This document shows, one piece after another, positions 38,726-52,865 of a DNA stretch of 64,000 nt. Source of the stretch: the human T2T-CHM13v2.0 reference genome, Homo sapiens; assembly GCF_009914755.1 (NCBI RefSeq), contig NC_060936.1; one strand, written 5' to 3'. How positions within the stretch are numbered: the stretch's first letter is position 1; every line of letters starts with the position of its first letter. The notes below the pieces were generated by a model that worked only from the letters and a program-made list of their open reading frames with translations, searched no databases and had not been told where the DNA came from. Made by a program: the position numbers and the translations under genes.

Positions 38726-41700
38726 GGGTGTCTGGGGCAAGTGCCAGCTCATGTCATCATCCTCACTGAGCCCCGGGTATGTTTAACCATTGATCGTCAG
38801 GAAATTGACTTCCTCCTGGACACTGGCATGGCCTTCTCAGTGTTAATCTCCTGTCCTGGACAGCTGTCCTCAAGGTCCATTACCATCCGAGGAATCCTGG
38901 GACAGCCTGTAACCAGGTATTTCTCCCACCTCCTCAGTTGTAATTGGAGACTTCGCTCTTTTCACATGACTTTCTTGTTATGCTTAAAAGTCCCACACCC
39001 TCATTAGGGAGGGACATATTAGCCAAAGCTGGGGCTATTATCTACATGAATATGGGGAACAAGTTACCCATTTGTTGTCCTCTATTTGAGGAGGGAATCA
39101 ACCCTGAAGTCTGGGCATTGGAAGGACAATTCAGAAAGGAAAATATACCCACCCTGTTCAAATCAGGCTAAAAGACCTCACCACTTTTCTGTATCAAAGG
39201 AAATATCCATTAAGGCCTGAAGCTCATAAAGGATTACAGGATGTTGTTAGACATTTAAAACCTCAAGGCTTAGTAAGAAAATGCAACAGTCCCTGCAACA
39301 CCCCAATTCTAGGAGTACAAAAACCGAATGATCAGTGGAGACTAGTGCAAGATCTTAGACTCATCAATGAGGCAGTTATTCCTCTATATCCAGCTGTACC
39401 CAACCTCTATATCCTTCTCTCTCAAATACCACAGGAAGCAGAATTGTTCACTCTTCTGGACTTCAAGGATGCCTTCTTCTGCATTCCCCTGCACTCTGAC
39501 TCTCAGTTTCTCTTTGCTTTTGAGGATCCCACAGACCACACGTCCCAACTTATGTGGACGGTCTTGCCTCAAGGGTTTAGGGATAGCCCTGATCTGTTTA
39601 ATCAGGCATTGGCCCAAGATCTAGGCCATTTCTCAAGTCCAGGCACTCTGGTCCTTCAGTATGTGGATGATTTACTTTTGGCTACCAGTTCGGAAGCCTC
39701 ATGCCAGCAGGCTACTCTAGATCTATTGAACTTTCTACCTAATCAAGGGTACAAGGTGTCTAAATCAAAGGCCTAGCCCTGCCTACAACAAGCAAATATC
39801 TAGGCCTAATCTTAGCCAGAGGAACCAGGACCCTTAGCAAAGAATGAATACAGCCTATACTGGCTTGTCCTCACCCTAAGACATTAAAACTGTTGCAGGG
39901 GTTCCTTGGGATCACCAGCTTTTGCCAACTATGGATCCCCAGATACAGCAAGATGGCCAGGCCACTCTATACTCTAATCAAGGACTATTTACCCAGAGGG
40001 CAAATACTCATCTAATAGAATGGGAACCAGAGGCAGAAACAGCCTTCAACACCTTAAAGCAGGCCCTAGTACAAGCTCCAGCCTTAAGCCTTCCCACAGG
40101 ATAAAACTTCTCTTTATACACCAAAGAGAGAGCAGGAATAGCTCTTGGAGTCCTTACTCAGACTCATGGGACAACCCCACAACCAGTGGCATACCTAAGT
40201 AAGGAAATTGATGTAGTAGCAAAAGGCTGGCCTCACTGTTTATGGGTAGTTGTGACAGTGGCCATCTTAGTATCAGAGGCTATCAAAATAATACAATGAA
40301 AGGATCTCACTGTCTGGACTACTCATGATGTAAATGGTATACTAGGTGCCAAAGGAAATTCATGACTATCAGACAACCACCTTCTTAGATACTAGGCACT
40401 ACTCCTTGAGGGACCAGTGCTTCAAATACACACGTGTGTGGCCCTCAACCCTGCCACTTTTCTCCCAGAGGATGGAGAACGAATAGAGCATGACTGCCAA
40501 CAAATTTTAGCCCAGACTTATGCTGCCCGAGAGATCCTTAGAAGTCCCCTAAGCTAATCCTGACCTTAACCTATACACTGATGGAAGTTCATTTGCGGAG
40601 AATGGGATATGAAGGGCAGGTTATGCCATAGATAGTGATGTAACAGTACTTGAAAATAAGCCTCTTCCCCCAGGGACCAGTGCCCAGTTAGCAGAATGAT
40701 TGGCACTTACCCGAGCCTTAGAACTGGGAAAGGATAAATGTGTATACAGATAGTAAGTATACTTATCTAATCCTACATGCCCATGCTGCAATATGGAAAG
40801 AAAGGGAATTACTAGCCTCTGGGGGAACCCCCATTACACCACAAGGAAATCATGGAGTTGTTGCACGTAGTGCAAAAACCCAAGGAGGTGGCAGTCTTAC
40901 ACTGCCAAAGGCATCAAAAAAGTAAAGGAGAAAAGGCAGAAGGAAACTATGGGGCAGACACTGAGGCCAAAATTGCTGCCAGGCAGAACCTCCCATTAGA
41001 AATACCTATGGAAAGACCCTTGGTATGGAATAACCCTCTCCAAGAGATTAAGCCCCAGTATTCCCCAACCTAAATAGAATGGGGACATTCACAGGGGAAT
41101 AGTTTTCTCCCCTCAGGGTGGTTAACAACAGAAGAGGGAAAGGTAATCATACCCAAAGCCAGGCAGTGGAAAATCCTTAAGACTCTCCACCAAATTTTCA
41201 TATGGGTATTAAGAACACTCATCAAATTTGGCCCTATTTACAGGGCCAAATCTCCTCCAGACCATCCAACAAGTAGTCAAAGCCTGTGAGGTGTGCCAAA
41301 GGAATAATCCCTTGGTCCATCATAAGGCCCCTCTCGGGGAACAAAGAATAGAGCACTATCCAGGAGAGGACTGGCAATTAGACATCACCTATATGCCTAA
41401 GTCAAGGGAATTTCAATACTTGTTGGTCTGTGTTAATACCTTTACAAATTGGATAGAAGCCTTCCCCTGCAAGACAGAGAAGGCTCAGGAAGTGGTTAAA
41501 GTCCTAATTCATTAAATAATTCCTAGATTTGAGCTTCCCCAAAGCTCACAAAGTGAAAATGGTCCAGCTTTTAAAGTCACGATAACTCAGGGAATTTCCT
41601 GGGTGCTAGGGATATAATATCACCTTCACTGCACCTGGAGGCCACAATCCTCAGGGAAGGTCAAGAAGGCAAAAGAAACACTCAAGAGGCACTTAAGGAA

Positions 41701-42300
41701 ACTAACACAAGAAACTCATCTCCCATGGCCTACTCTTTTGCCCATGGTCTTGTTGAGAATCTGAAATTCTCCTCACAAAATAGGGCTCAGTCCATATGAA
41801 ATGCTGTATGGATGACCTTTTCTCACAAATGACCTCCTACTTGATCAGGAAATGGTCAACTTGGTCAAGGATATAACTTCTTTGGCAAAATATCAACAAA
41901 ACTTTAAAAACCTACCTGAAGGATGTCACAGAGAAAAGGGGACAGAGTTGTTTCAACTGGGAGATCCAGTGTTGGTCAAATCCCTCCCCTCTACCTCCCC
42001 ATCTATGGATTCTTTGTGGGAAGACCATACTTGGTAATCCTCTCTACCCCCACTGCAGTTAAGGTGGCAGGGGTGGAAACTTGGATTAACCACACCTGAG
42101 TTAAACTTTGGACACCCCTTGAAGAACCTGCAGCACCGTCAGCTCAGGAGCCCCAAGATCAGCCAGACCAGGCTCGATATATCTGTGAACCATTGGAGAA
42201 CTTGTGTCTCCTATTTCAGAAGGAAACATCCCAGACTAAAAAGGCTCCTACAGCTGATCCTGTGGAAAACCTCCTTACTTAAAAAAGATAAGTGAAAACC
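38726..42300 (+). pseudogene. pol: HERV9 pro-pol, disrupted
   Basis: FLLDTG protease; QDLRLIN, LDFKDAFFCIP, LPQGFRDSP, YVDDLLL RT; YTDGS/YTDSKY RNase H; CEVC and GEDWQLD integrase; several stops and frameshifts. Confidence 0.93.
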
Positions 42301-42449
42301 TATATAATCTTTAACAACTCTCCTTGACCCTTTAGCAGAATCCTTTTACTGTTTCATCACATTATTAAGCAGTATACTAACCATACTCTTTGCAGTAGGA
42401 CTATGTATGGTAGCTCTTGCCAGGACAAAAATCCTAATCGCATCAACCT

Positions 42450-44170
42450 TTTTTCTATCATCCTTCATTCTGACAGCAATTTACTCCTACCTTTAACTCA
42501 GACTGTATAAAATGATCTCACCTTCCAGGGCTACCTCTTTACCTTCCTACTTATTCTTTACCTATCTATCCCTTCTGCTTCCTTGGATACTCCACACAGT
42601 TGCCTCTCCCCTTCTACTAGCTCCTAATTACCTCTACAAGCCTCTCAACTTAACCCACTCTCTGTTAAAACAGTCCAATCCTTCCCTGGCAAACAACTGT
42701 TGGCTTTGTATCTCCCTATCAGCAACTGCTTTTGTTGCCACTCCCGTTCCTGTAAAAAACCGGGTCTTTACTAACTTAACTTACCACCCCCATTATGAAG
42801 GAAAAGACCCTTTCCAACTTCTAAATATGCAATTATTAGCTGACTTCCCATCTCTGATAGGACCAAAAATACCCTAACAGGATGCGAAATCCAGCTTTTA
42901 TGCTCTTACATTTTCAACCTCACCTTTTACATGAGCAATAAAAAGCCCATACATGGCCCTGTAACCACGAATACCATCTGAACTTTCCAAGCCCTTTTAT
43001 GCATCCAACACAACCTGTTATCAGGCCTGCCCCTGGGGCACCTACTATCCCATCAGTGTAATTACACCCTACAACTTCAAGCCCCAACTGATCATAATAA
43101 CTTCCAAGTCACCCAAACAGTTCCATTCAGATGGCTTGTCTGCTTCTCAGGGCCTCCAAAAATCATCACCTCCTCCCTGCTTAGCAAACAGTCTAGGTTT
43201 TGTAATGGCAAACATACTCCCTGCATGACCATTCACCCCTGGACCCCCTGCAGCAGCACCCCCACCAATGAATGCCTTCTCATCCCCTCTTTCAATCACT
43301 CTCTTGAATGGTTCCTAGTAGATACAAAACAGTTTTTTCTCCAATGGGAAAATAGAACACAGGGAGCCACTCAGTTTGCTCTCAACACCCCTTTCCAGCC
43401 ACTCACTGGAGCTACCTTGGCAAGTACTCTAGGAGTATGGGAAAATGAAAACAACAAACTCACACCCCTTTTTGACATACACAACCAGTTCTGTCTACAC
43501 AGCCAAGGCATGTTCTTCTTATGTGGAACTTCAACCTATATCTGCCTCTTCACCAACTGGACAGGCACCTGCACCTTAGTCTTCCTAAGTCCCAACATTG
43601 ACATTGCCCCAGGATATCAAGCCCTATCAGTGCCCCTCAAAGCACTGGAATAGACAGTTTATCTACTTCATTATCCTACTGGCACAAACTCTCAAAGGAT
43701 TTCTCAGACAGTTTACAAGAAATAACAAAATCTATCCTTATGCTACAATCCCAAATACACTCTTTGACAGCAGTGACTCTCCAAAACCGCTCAGGCCTAG
43801 ACCTCCTCACTGCTGAGAAAGGAGGGCTTTGTACCTTCTTAGGGGAAGAGTGTTGTTTTTACACTAACCAGTCAGGGATAGTATGAGACACCGCCCAGCG
43901 TTTACAGGAAAAGGCTTGTGAAATCAGACAACGCCTTTCAAACTCTTATTCCAACCTCTGGAGTTGGGCGACATGGCTTCTCCCCTTTCTAGGTCCCATG
44001 ACAGCCATCTTGCTATTACTCACCTTTAGGCACTGTGTTTTTAACCTCCTTGTCAAATTTGTTTCCTCCAGCATTGAGGCCATCAAGCTATAGATGGTCT
44101 TATAAATGGAACCCCAAATGAGCTCAACTCACAACTTCTACAAAGGCCCCTGGACTGACCCACTGGCTTA
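42450..44170 (+). pseudogene. env: HERV9 env, disrupted
   Basis: CWLC SU motif; FFLCG..NWTGTCTLVFL; immunosuppressive domain LQNRSGLDLLTAEKGGLC and CX6CC from 43779; in-frame stop after NQSGIV. Confidence 0.9.
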
Positions 44171-44298
44171 GAGAGTTCCCCTCTGGAGGACACTATAACT
44201 GCAGGGCCCCCTCTTCACCTCTATCCAGCAGGAAGTATCTAGAGTGGTCATTGCCCAATCCCCAACAGCAGTTGTGGTGTCCTGCTTAGAGAGGGGAT

Positions 44299-44792
44299 TG
44301 AGAGGTGAAGCCATCTGGACTTCCTGAGTCGAATGGGGACTTGGAGAACTTTTCTGTCTTACAAGAGGATTGTAAAATGCACCAATCAGCTCTTTGTAGC
44401 TAGGAAGGGTATTGTAAAATGCACCAATCAGCACTCTGTAAAATGCACCAATCAGCACTCTGTAAAATGCACCAATCAGCAGGATCCTAAATGTATCCAA
44501 TTGCAGGGAGGATTGAAAAAAGGGCATTCTGATAGGACAGAAACAGAACATGGGAGGGGACAAATAAGGGAATAAAAGCTGGCCACTGCAGCCAGCAGCA
44601 GCAATCTGCTCGTGTCCCCATCCGTGCTGTGGAAGCTTTGTTCTTTTGCCCTTCACAATAAACCTTGCTACCGCTCACTCTTTGGGTCCATGCCATCTTT
44701 AAGAGCTGTAACACTCACCGCAAAGATCCACAGCTTCATTCTTAAAGTCAGCGAGACCAGAAACTCATTGGCAGGAACCAACTCTGGACCCA
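44299..44792 (+). repeat. 3' LTR12-type LTR
   Basis: Direct repeat of 35495-36056 with fewer CCAAT units. Confidence 0.92.
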
Positions 44793-45649
44793 CCTCCCCT
44801 AGGCCCCCACCCCCCGACAGGCTCCAGTGTGTGATGTTCCCCTCCCTGTGTCCATGTGTTCTCATTGTTCAACTCCCACTTAATGAGTGAGAACATGTGG
44901 CATTTGGTTTTCTGTTCCTGTGTTAGTTTGCTGAGAATGATGGTTTCCAGCTTCATCCATGTCCCTGCAAAGGACATGAACTCATCCTTTTTTATGGCTG
45001 CATAGTATTCCATGGTGTATATGTGCCACAAAGATTCCTTTTTATTTTAAGGCTCAATAGCATTGCATTATGTATATACACCACAATTTGTTCCTTTTTT
45101 TTTTTTTTAATCAGCTTATAGACACTTAGGTTGAATCCATAACTTGGCTATTGTGAATTATGCTGCAGTAAACATTGGAATACAGATATATCTCACATGC
45201 TGATTTCAAATCTTTTGGATATACACTCAGAAGTCATATGGTGGCTCTATTTTTAATTTTTTGAGGAAACATTTACCATAATGGTTGTACTAATTTACAT
45301 CCCAACCAACAATGTATAAGGGTTTCCTTTTCTCCACACCCTTGACAACATTTATTTTTCATGTTTTTCATATAGCCATTCTAAGAGGCTTGAGGTGATA
45401 TTGTGTTTTCAATTTGCATTTCCCTAATAATTATTGATATTGAACCTTTTTAAATATATATCTTGGCCATTATATGTCTTCTTTTGAGAAATGGTTACTC
45501 ATGTTCTTTGCCCATTTTTTGACTGAGTTATTATTATTTTTTACTATTCAGTTGTTTGAGTTCCTTATATATTTTGGATATTAACCCTTTATCAGAAGTA
45601 TGGCTTACGAATATTTTCTTCCATTGCATAGGTTGCCCCTTTTCCCTGT

Positions 45650-46430
45650 TGTATTAGTCAGGGCTCTCTAGACGGACAGAACTAATGAAATATATATATA
45701 AAGGTGAGTTTATTAAGTATTAACTCACATGATCAAAAGTATATATATATTTTATATAATAAACTCCCCTATATGTATTTGTTATATATATTATATATTT
45801 ATATATTATATATACATTTATATATTTTATATATTTATATATTATATATACATTTATATATTATATATATTTATATATTATATATACATTTATATATTAT
45901 ATATATTTATATATTATATATACATTTATATATTATATATATTTATATATTATATATACATTTATATATTATATATATTTATATATTATATGTACATTTA
46001 TATATATTTTGTATATACTTACATATTATATATATATAAAGGGGAGTTCATTAAGTATTAACTCACATGATCAAAACTTCCCACAATAGGTCATCTGCAG
46101 GCTGAGGAGCAAGGAGAGCTAGTCCAAGTCCCAAAACTAAAGAACTTGGAGTCCAGTGATGTTCGAGGGCAGGAAGCATCCAGCATGGGAGAAAGATATA
46201 GGCTGGGAGGCTAGGCCTGTCTCTGTTTTCACATTTTTCTGGCTGCTTATAATCTAGCCACGCTGGCAGCTGATTAGATTGTGCCCACACAGATTAAGGG
46301 TGGGTCTGCCTTCCCCCCCATCAACTGACTCAAATGTTAAGCTCTTTTGGCAACACTCTCACAGACACATCCAGAATCAATACTTTGATTCCTTTGATCC
46401 AATCAAGTTGACACAGTATTAACCATCACA
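45650..46430 (-). mobile_element. MLT2A solo LTR with expanded AT-rich tandem repeat
   Basis: TGTATTAGTCAGGG...TTAACCATCACA; TSD CCTGT/TCTGT. Confidence 0.9.
45785..46038. repeat. AT-rich minisatellite, ~33-bp unit
   Basis: TATATATACATTTATATATTATATATATTTATA-like units; 11-aa periodicity in ORF 45704. Confidence 0.9.
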
Positions 46431-47160
46431 TCTGTTAATTATTTTCTTTGCTGTGCAGTCACCTTTTAATTTAATATAATCCCATTTGTCTAGTTCTTTG
46501 TTGTTGTTGCCTAGCTTTTGAGGACAAATCCAAAAGATTATTGCCTACATCAATGTCATATAATTTTCCATTTATTTTCTTCTAGTAGTTTCACAGTTTC
46601 AGATCTTTTAAGCCTTTTATCCATTTTGATTTAATTTTTGTATATGATGTGAGATCAAAGTTCAATTTTATTCTTTTATATGTGAATATACAGTTGTCCC
46701 AATATCATTTATGGAAGAAACTGTTCTTCCCTATTGCGTGTTCTTGGAAACTTTACCAAATATTTTTGTGTGTGTCAAAATTCAGTTGACTGTAAATTCA
46801 TGCATTTTAATGGGCTTTCTATTCTGTTCCATTGGTCTTTGTGTCTGTTTTTATGCTAGTATCATGCTTTTAAAATTACTATAGCTTTGTAATAAAGTTT
46901 GAAGTCAATTAGCATGATGCCTCCAGCTTTGTCCTTTTTGCTCAAAATTGCCTTGGTTATTTTTTTGGTTCTATATGAATTTTTGAATTTTGTTTGTTTT
47001 TGTGAGAAATTGGAATTTCAACAGAGATTGCATTGAATCTGTGGATTGCTTTTGATAGTATGAACATTTTAACAATCTTAACTCTTACAACGAATGAACA
47101 CAAAATAGCTTTCCATTTATTAGTATCTTTCTCAATTTCATCAAAGTTTTGTAATTTTCT

Positions 47161-48568
47161 TCTTTTCATTTTTTTGCATAATTTATTTACCTTATTCTCT
47201 TACCTTTTAAACTTATTCTTTTATATATATATACTTTAAGTTCTGGGGTACATGTGCAGAACATGCAGGTTTGTTACATAGGTATACATGTGCCATGATG
47301 GTTTGCTGCAACCATCAACCCATCATCTACATTAGGTATTTCTCCTAATGCTATTCTTCCTCCAGACCCCCAACACCCTGATAGGCCCTGGTGTGTGATG
47401 ACCCCCCACCCCGCATATTCATGCGTTCTCATTGTTCAACTCCCACTTGTGAGTGAGAGCATGTGGTATTTGGTTTTCTGTTGTTGTGTTAGTTTGCTAA
47501 GAATGATGGTTTCCAACTTCATCCATGTCTTTGCAAAGGACATGAACTCATCATTTTTATGGCTGCATAGTATTCCATGGTGTACATGTGTCACATTTTC
47601 TTTATCCAGTCTATCATTGATGGGCATTGGGGTTGGTTCCAAGTCTTTGGTATTGTGAACAGTGCCACAATACACATATGTGTGCATGTGTCTTTATAGA
47701 CGAATGGAACACAACAGAGGCCTCAGAAATAACATCACACATCTACAGCTGTCTGATCTTCAACAAACCTGATGAAAACAAGCAATGGGGAAAGGATTCT
47801 CTATTTAATAAATGGTGTTGGGAAAACTGGCTAGTCATATGCAGAAAACTGAAACTGGATCCCTTCTTTACACCTTATACAAAAATGAATTCAAGATGGC
47901 TTAAAGACTTAAATGTCAGACCTAAAACCATAAAAACCCTAGAAGAAAACCTAGGCAATACCATTCAGGACATAGGCATGGGCAAAGACATCATGACTAA
48001 AACACCAAAAGCAATGGCAACAAAAGTCAAAATTGACAAATGGGATCTAATTAAACTAAAGAGCTTCTGCACAGCAAAATAAACTATCATCAGAGTGAAC
48101 AGGCAACCTACAGAATGAGAGAAAATTTTTGCTATCTATCCATCTGACAAAAGACTAATATTCAGAATCTACAAAGAACTTAAACACATTTACAAGACAA
48201 AACAAACCACCCCATCAAAAAGTGGGCAACAAATATGAACAGACACTTCTCCAAAGAAGACTTTTATGCAGCCAACAAACATATGAATAAAGCTCATCAC
48301 TGGTCATTAGAGAAATGCAAATCAAAACCACAATGATGCCATCATGCCAGTTAGAATGATGATCATTAAAATGTCAGGAAACAACAGATGCTGGAGAGGA
48401 TGTGGAGAAATAGGAATGCTTTTACACTGTTGGTGGGAGTTTAAATTAGTTCAACCATTGTGGAAGACAGTGTGGTGATTCCTCAAGGGTCTAGAATTAG
48501 AAATACCATTTGACCCAGCAATCCCATTACTGGGTGTATACCCAAAGGATTATAAAGCATTCAACTAT
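47161..48568 (-). mobile_element. L1PA with 5' inversion (47161-47700 antisense, 47701-48568 sense)
   Basis: TSD AAAG(T/C)TTTGTAATTTTCT at 47143-47160 and 48569-48586; ORF2 C-terminal peptides on both strands. Confidence 0.92.
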
Positions 48569-50216
48569 AAAGCTTTGTAATTTTCTGCGTACAGCTCTTT
48601 TATCTCCTTGGTTACATTTATCCCTAAGTATAATAACTTTTGTAGCTATTGTAAATGGGATTGTTTTCTTGATTTATTTTCTAGATTATTCATTGTTACT
48701 GTATACAAACACAACTGATTTGTGTATATTGATTGTATCTTGCAACCTTACTGTGTTCATGTATTAATTCTAACAGTTTTTTGGAGTCTTTAGGGTTTTC
48801 TATGTATAAGGTCATGTCATCAGCAAACAGTGACAATTGCACTTCTTTCTTTTCTATTTGGATACTTTCTATTTTTTTCTTGCCTAATTGCTCTGGAAAG
48901 GACTTTCAGTAGTATATTGAAATGGTGAGAGTGGGCATCCATGCCTTGTTCCTGACCTTAGAATAAAAGTTTTCATCTTTTTACCTTTAAGTATAATGCT
49001 ACCTACTGGCTTGTCATGTGTATATGGTTTTTATTGTATTGAGGTAGAGTTCTTCTATACTAAATCTGTTGAGATTTTTTTTTATCATGAATGGATGTTG
49101 AATTTTGTCAAATGACTTTTCTGCATCTAATGAGATGATTATATGATTTTTGTCCTTCATTCTGTTAACATGGTGTATCACATTTATACATTTGTTTTTA
49201 TTTAACAACCCTTTCATCCCTGGGATAAATGATCATGGTAAGTAAGTCTTCTAATGTGCTGTTAAATTTGATTTGCTAGTATTTTTCTGAGGATTTTTGC
49301 ATGTATGTTCATCAAGAATATTGGCCTGTAGTTTTATTTTTTTGTTGTTGTGTTCTTGTCTGGTTTTGCCATCAGGGTAATACTGACCTTGTAGAATTAG
49401 TAAAGAGAATTCCTACTGCTCCTATTTTTTAATAGTTTGAGAATAATTGTATTGATTCAATCTGGTCAAGCGGAAATATTGTAGTGTAATAACTGGCATC
49501 ATAATTCAGCCCTGCAGCACTAGGTCTTACCCTTTGTATTTGTAGCCCAGCCATGGATGAAAGACCAATCGGTGACCCCCACATAGAATACTGGATTATC
49601 ATCATCAGCCTTGACTTTTCAGCCACTTTAGCAGCCTTAATTCTAACATGTGATCCTCAATTCAGGAAAACTGCTAGTCATGTATTTTGTCCAGTTTTAG
49701 AAATACTTATTATTCTAAATAGGTCCAGCACCAATCCAATTAGCCTATCATAGCTGGAAATGAAAGTAGTAGAGATATGTTATTGAACAAAATAGAATCA
49801 GGAGCTCTCCACAGCATCACCATCACCCAGAAAAGATTTAGACCCCTGAAAGTCTAAATCTTAACAGTAGGGACAATGCAAAGAGTGAGACTACACCCTA
49901 GGAGTAAAAATAAAACTGAAATACACTGCCCAGTAAAAAATAAAATCCTGATAAGTTGAAAAGGATCCACCTAACTGCTTGCCAGAAATAAAATCAATAT
50001 TCTTTTTTTCTAAAAATCAGCATAATCCAGTCTTCCTATAATGTGTCATCTAGAATGTTTAGCATAAAATAATTTATATGAATGTTTCTAATTGTTACAA
50101 CTTGTGTTTTTGAAAACATCTCTACTCGTCCCATATATCACTATATATGGTCTCATATATCACTATATATATATATATAAAATGAACATTTTATTTTTGA
50201 GAAACTTTAGCATTTT

Positions 50217-51382
<1,166 letters not shown>

Positions 51383-51894
51383 TTACTAAAAAAAGTGAGG
51401 GTCTGGGGTTATGTATAATATTAGTAAGCATCTTTCTGTTATTTGTTTTAAATTATTTTGCAACCTGCTAACTTTACATATAGCAAAATCTCTTCTCATG
51501 ATATATATATTTCTGATTTTTACTGAGATTTATCAATGTTAATAATAATTAGGCAAAGCAGAGTAGAGATTATTCTTCAATTTATAATGATTTCTCAAGT
51601 ATTTTTGAATTTCCTATGTACAAATAATATCATATATGTATGTGCTAACATTACAGAAGAAAGGTCACAGATGTTGAATATGTTATGCACTTAAGAGTAC
51701 AAAAGAAAATTATTGATAATTTGCAGAAAAAATATTAATCAATTTTTGTTAAAGCTTAGCTGTTGGTTTATAAATGACCATGTACTAATAAAATGACAGA
51801 ATGCACAACTGATATACTTATTGTAGACCAATAGAAAAAGAATTACTAGTATTCTACACAATGTAGGTAATTAATTTTTCACACAGCACTGTTA

Positions 51895-52202
51895 TTTTTT
51901 GTTGTTGTTTTGTTTCATTTTTGAGACAGCGTCTCACTCTGTCACACAGGCTGGAGTACAGTGATGTGATCACGGCTCACTGCAGCGTCAACCTCAAGGG
52001 CTCAGATGATTCTCCCATCTCAGCTTCCTGAGTAGCTGGGACTACAGGTGTACCACCATGCCTAGCTAATTTTTGTATTTTTAATAGAGACAGGGTTTTA
52101 CCATATTGCCCAGGCTGGTCTCGAACTCCTGGCTATAAGCGATCCACCTGTCTCAGCCTCCTGAAGTACTGGGATTACAGGCATGAGCCACCGTGCCCGG
52201 CC
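51895..52202 (-). mobile_element. Alu (AluJ-like)
   Basis: Dimeric antisense Alu; TSD GCACTGTT. Confidence 0.9.
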
Positions 52203-52619
52203 TGCACTGTTTTTAAAATGCAAGATATTTTACCTGAAATTCAAAACTTTGTGAAGTTAGTGCCATTTGATATTAAACATATGGTGTGTTGGCAATTTCA
52301 AAAGTTATAAATAACTATTAGGCATCAAAATTGTGCAACAAAATGATGGAGTTAGCAAATTAAGACAAATTTTGAACAGTAAAAATACATATTAACTTCT
52401 AAGTTCCTTCTCTTAGGAATTGTCTGTTAAATACTTCCAGAATGCCAATGTGGTCTCAAGTTCTTGAAAACTAAAAATAGAGAACTTATAATAATTGCTT
52501 CAAGTCATTATCAAGAAACTCATGCCCTAGGAAAAATTTCAAAAACATATTAGTATTCATTTTTCATTGAGATCAGTTTGAATGGGGTTTCTTGCATGTG
52601 ATTTTCAAGTATTCAGGCA

Positions 52620-52865
52620 ATGATGAGTTACGGCAAGAACATGGAATCTAAAGCCAGTCACACTTTCATTCTAAATTCTTACTTTGTCACTTCTAGGAGT
52701 GTGTTATTGTAGGCAAAGATTTTAAGCTCTCTGGCTCTTAATTTAGTACCTAAACAATACAATAATGCCTTCATTTTAGAGGCTTTATGAGGATAGTATG
52801 TAATAACATAAGTAAAGTTTCTTATGAATCTCTCGAATGTCCTATATATTCAGTAAATATTGGCA
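52620..52865 (+). mobile_element. MIR
   Basis: AAATTCTTACTTTGTCACTTCTAGGAGTGTG...TTTATGAGGATAGTATGTAATAA. Confidence 0.55.

Larger units (their letters stand above)
35495..44792 (+). mobile_element. HERV9-like (LTR12-family, ERV1) provirus, near full length, defective
   Basis: Two LTRs, PBS, gag-pro-pol-env relics, polypurine tract AGAGAGGGGA, 4-bp TSD CCTT/CCTC. Confidence 0.93.
35361..45030 (-). mobile_element. Short 5'-truncated L1PA (~370 bp: 35361-35494 plus 44793-45030) split by HERV9
   Basis: TSD AAGATTCCTTTTTATTT at 35344-35360 and 45031-45047; L1 3' UTR continuous across the provirus. Confidence 0.9.
35005..49450 (-). mobile_element. L1MA host element (3' UTR plus ORF2 3' part) split by four later insertions
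   Basis: Collinear antisense L1 segments at 35005-35360, 45031-45649, 46431-47160, 48569-49450 joined by the TSDs of the inserts. Confidence 0.85.

Noticed and set aside
45704-46061. Y/I-rich ORFs
   Set aside because: Translations of an AT minisatellite.
49833-49862. Perfect 11-bp stem, 8-nt loop (AAGATTTAGAC/GTCTAAATCTT)
   Set aside because: Isolated short hairpin with no supporting RNA-gene features.
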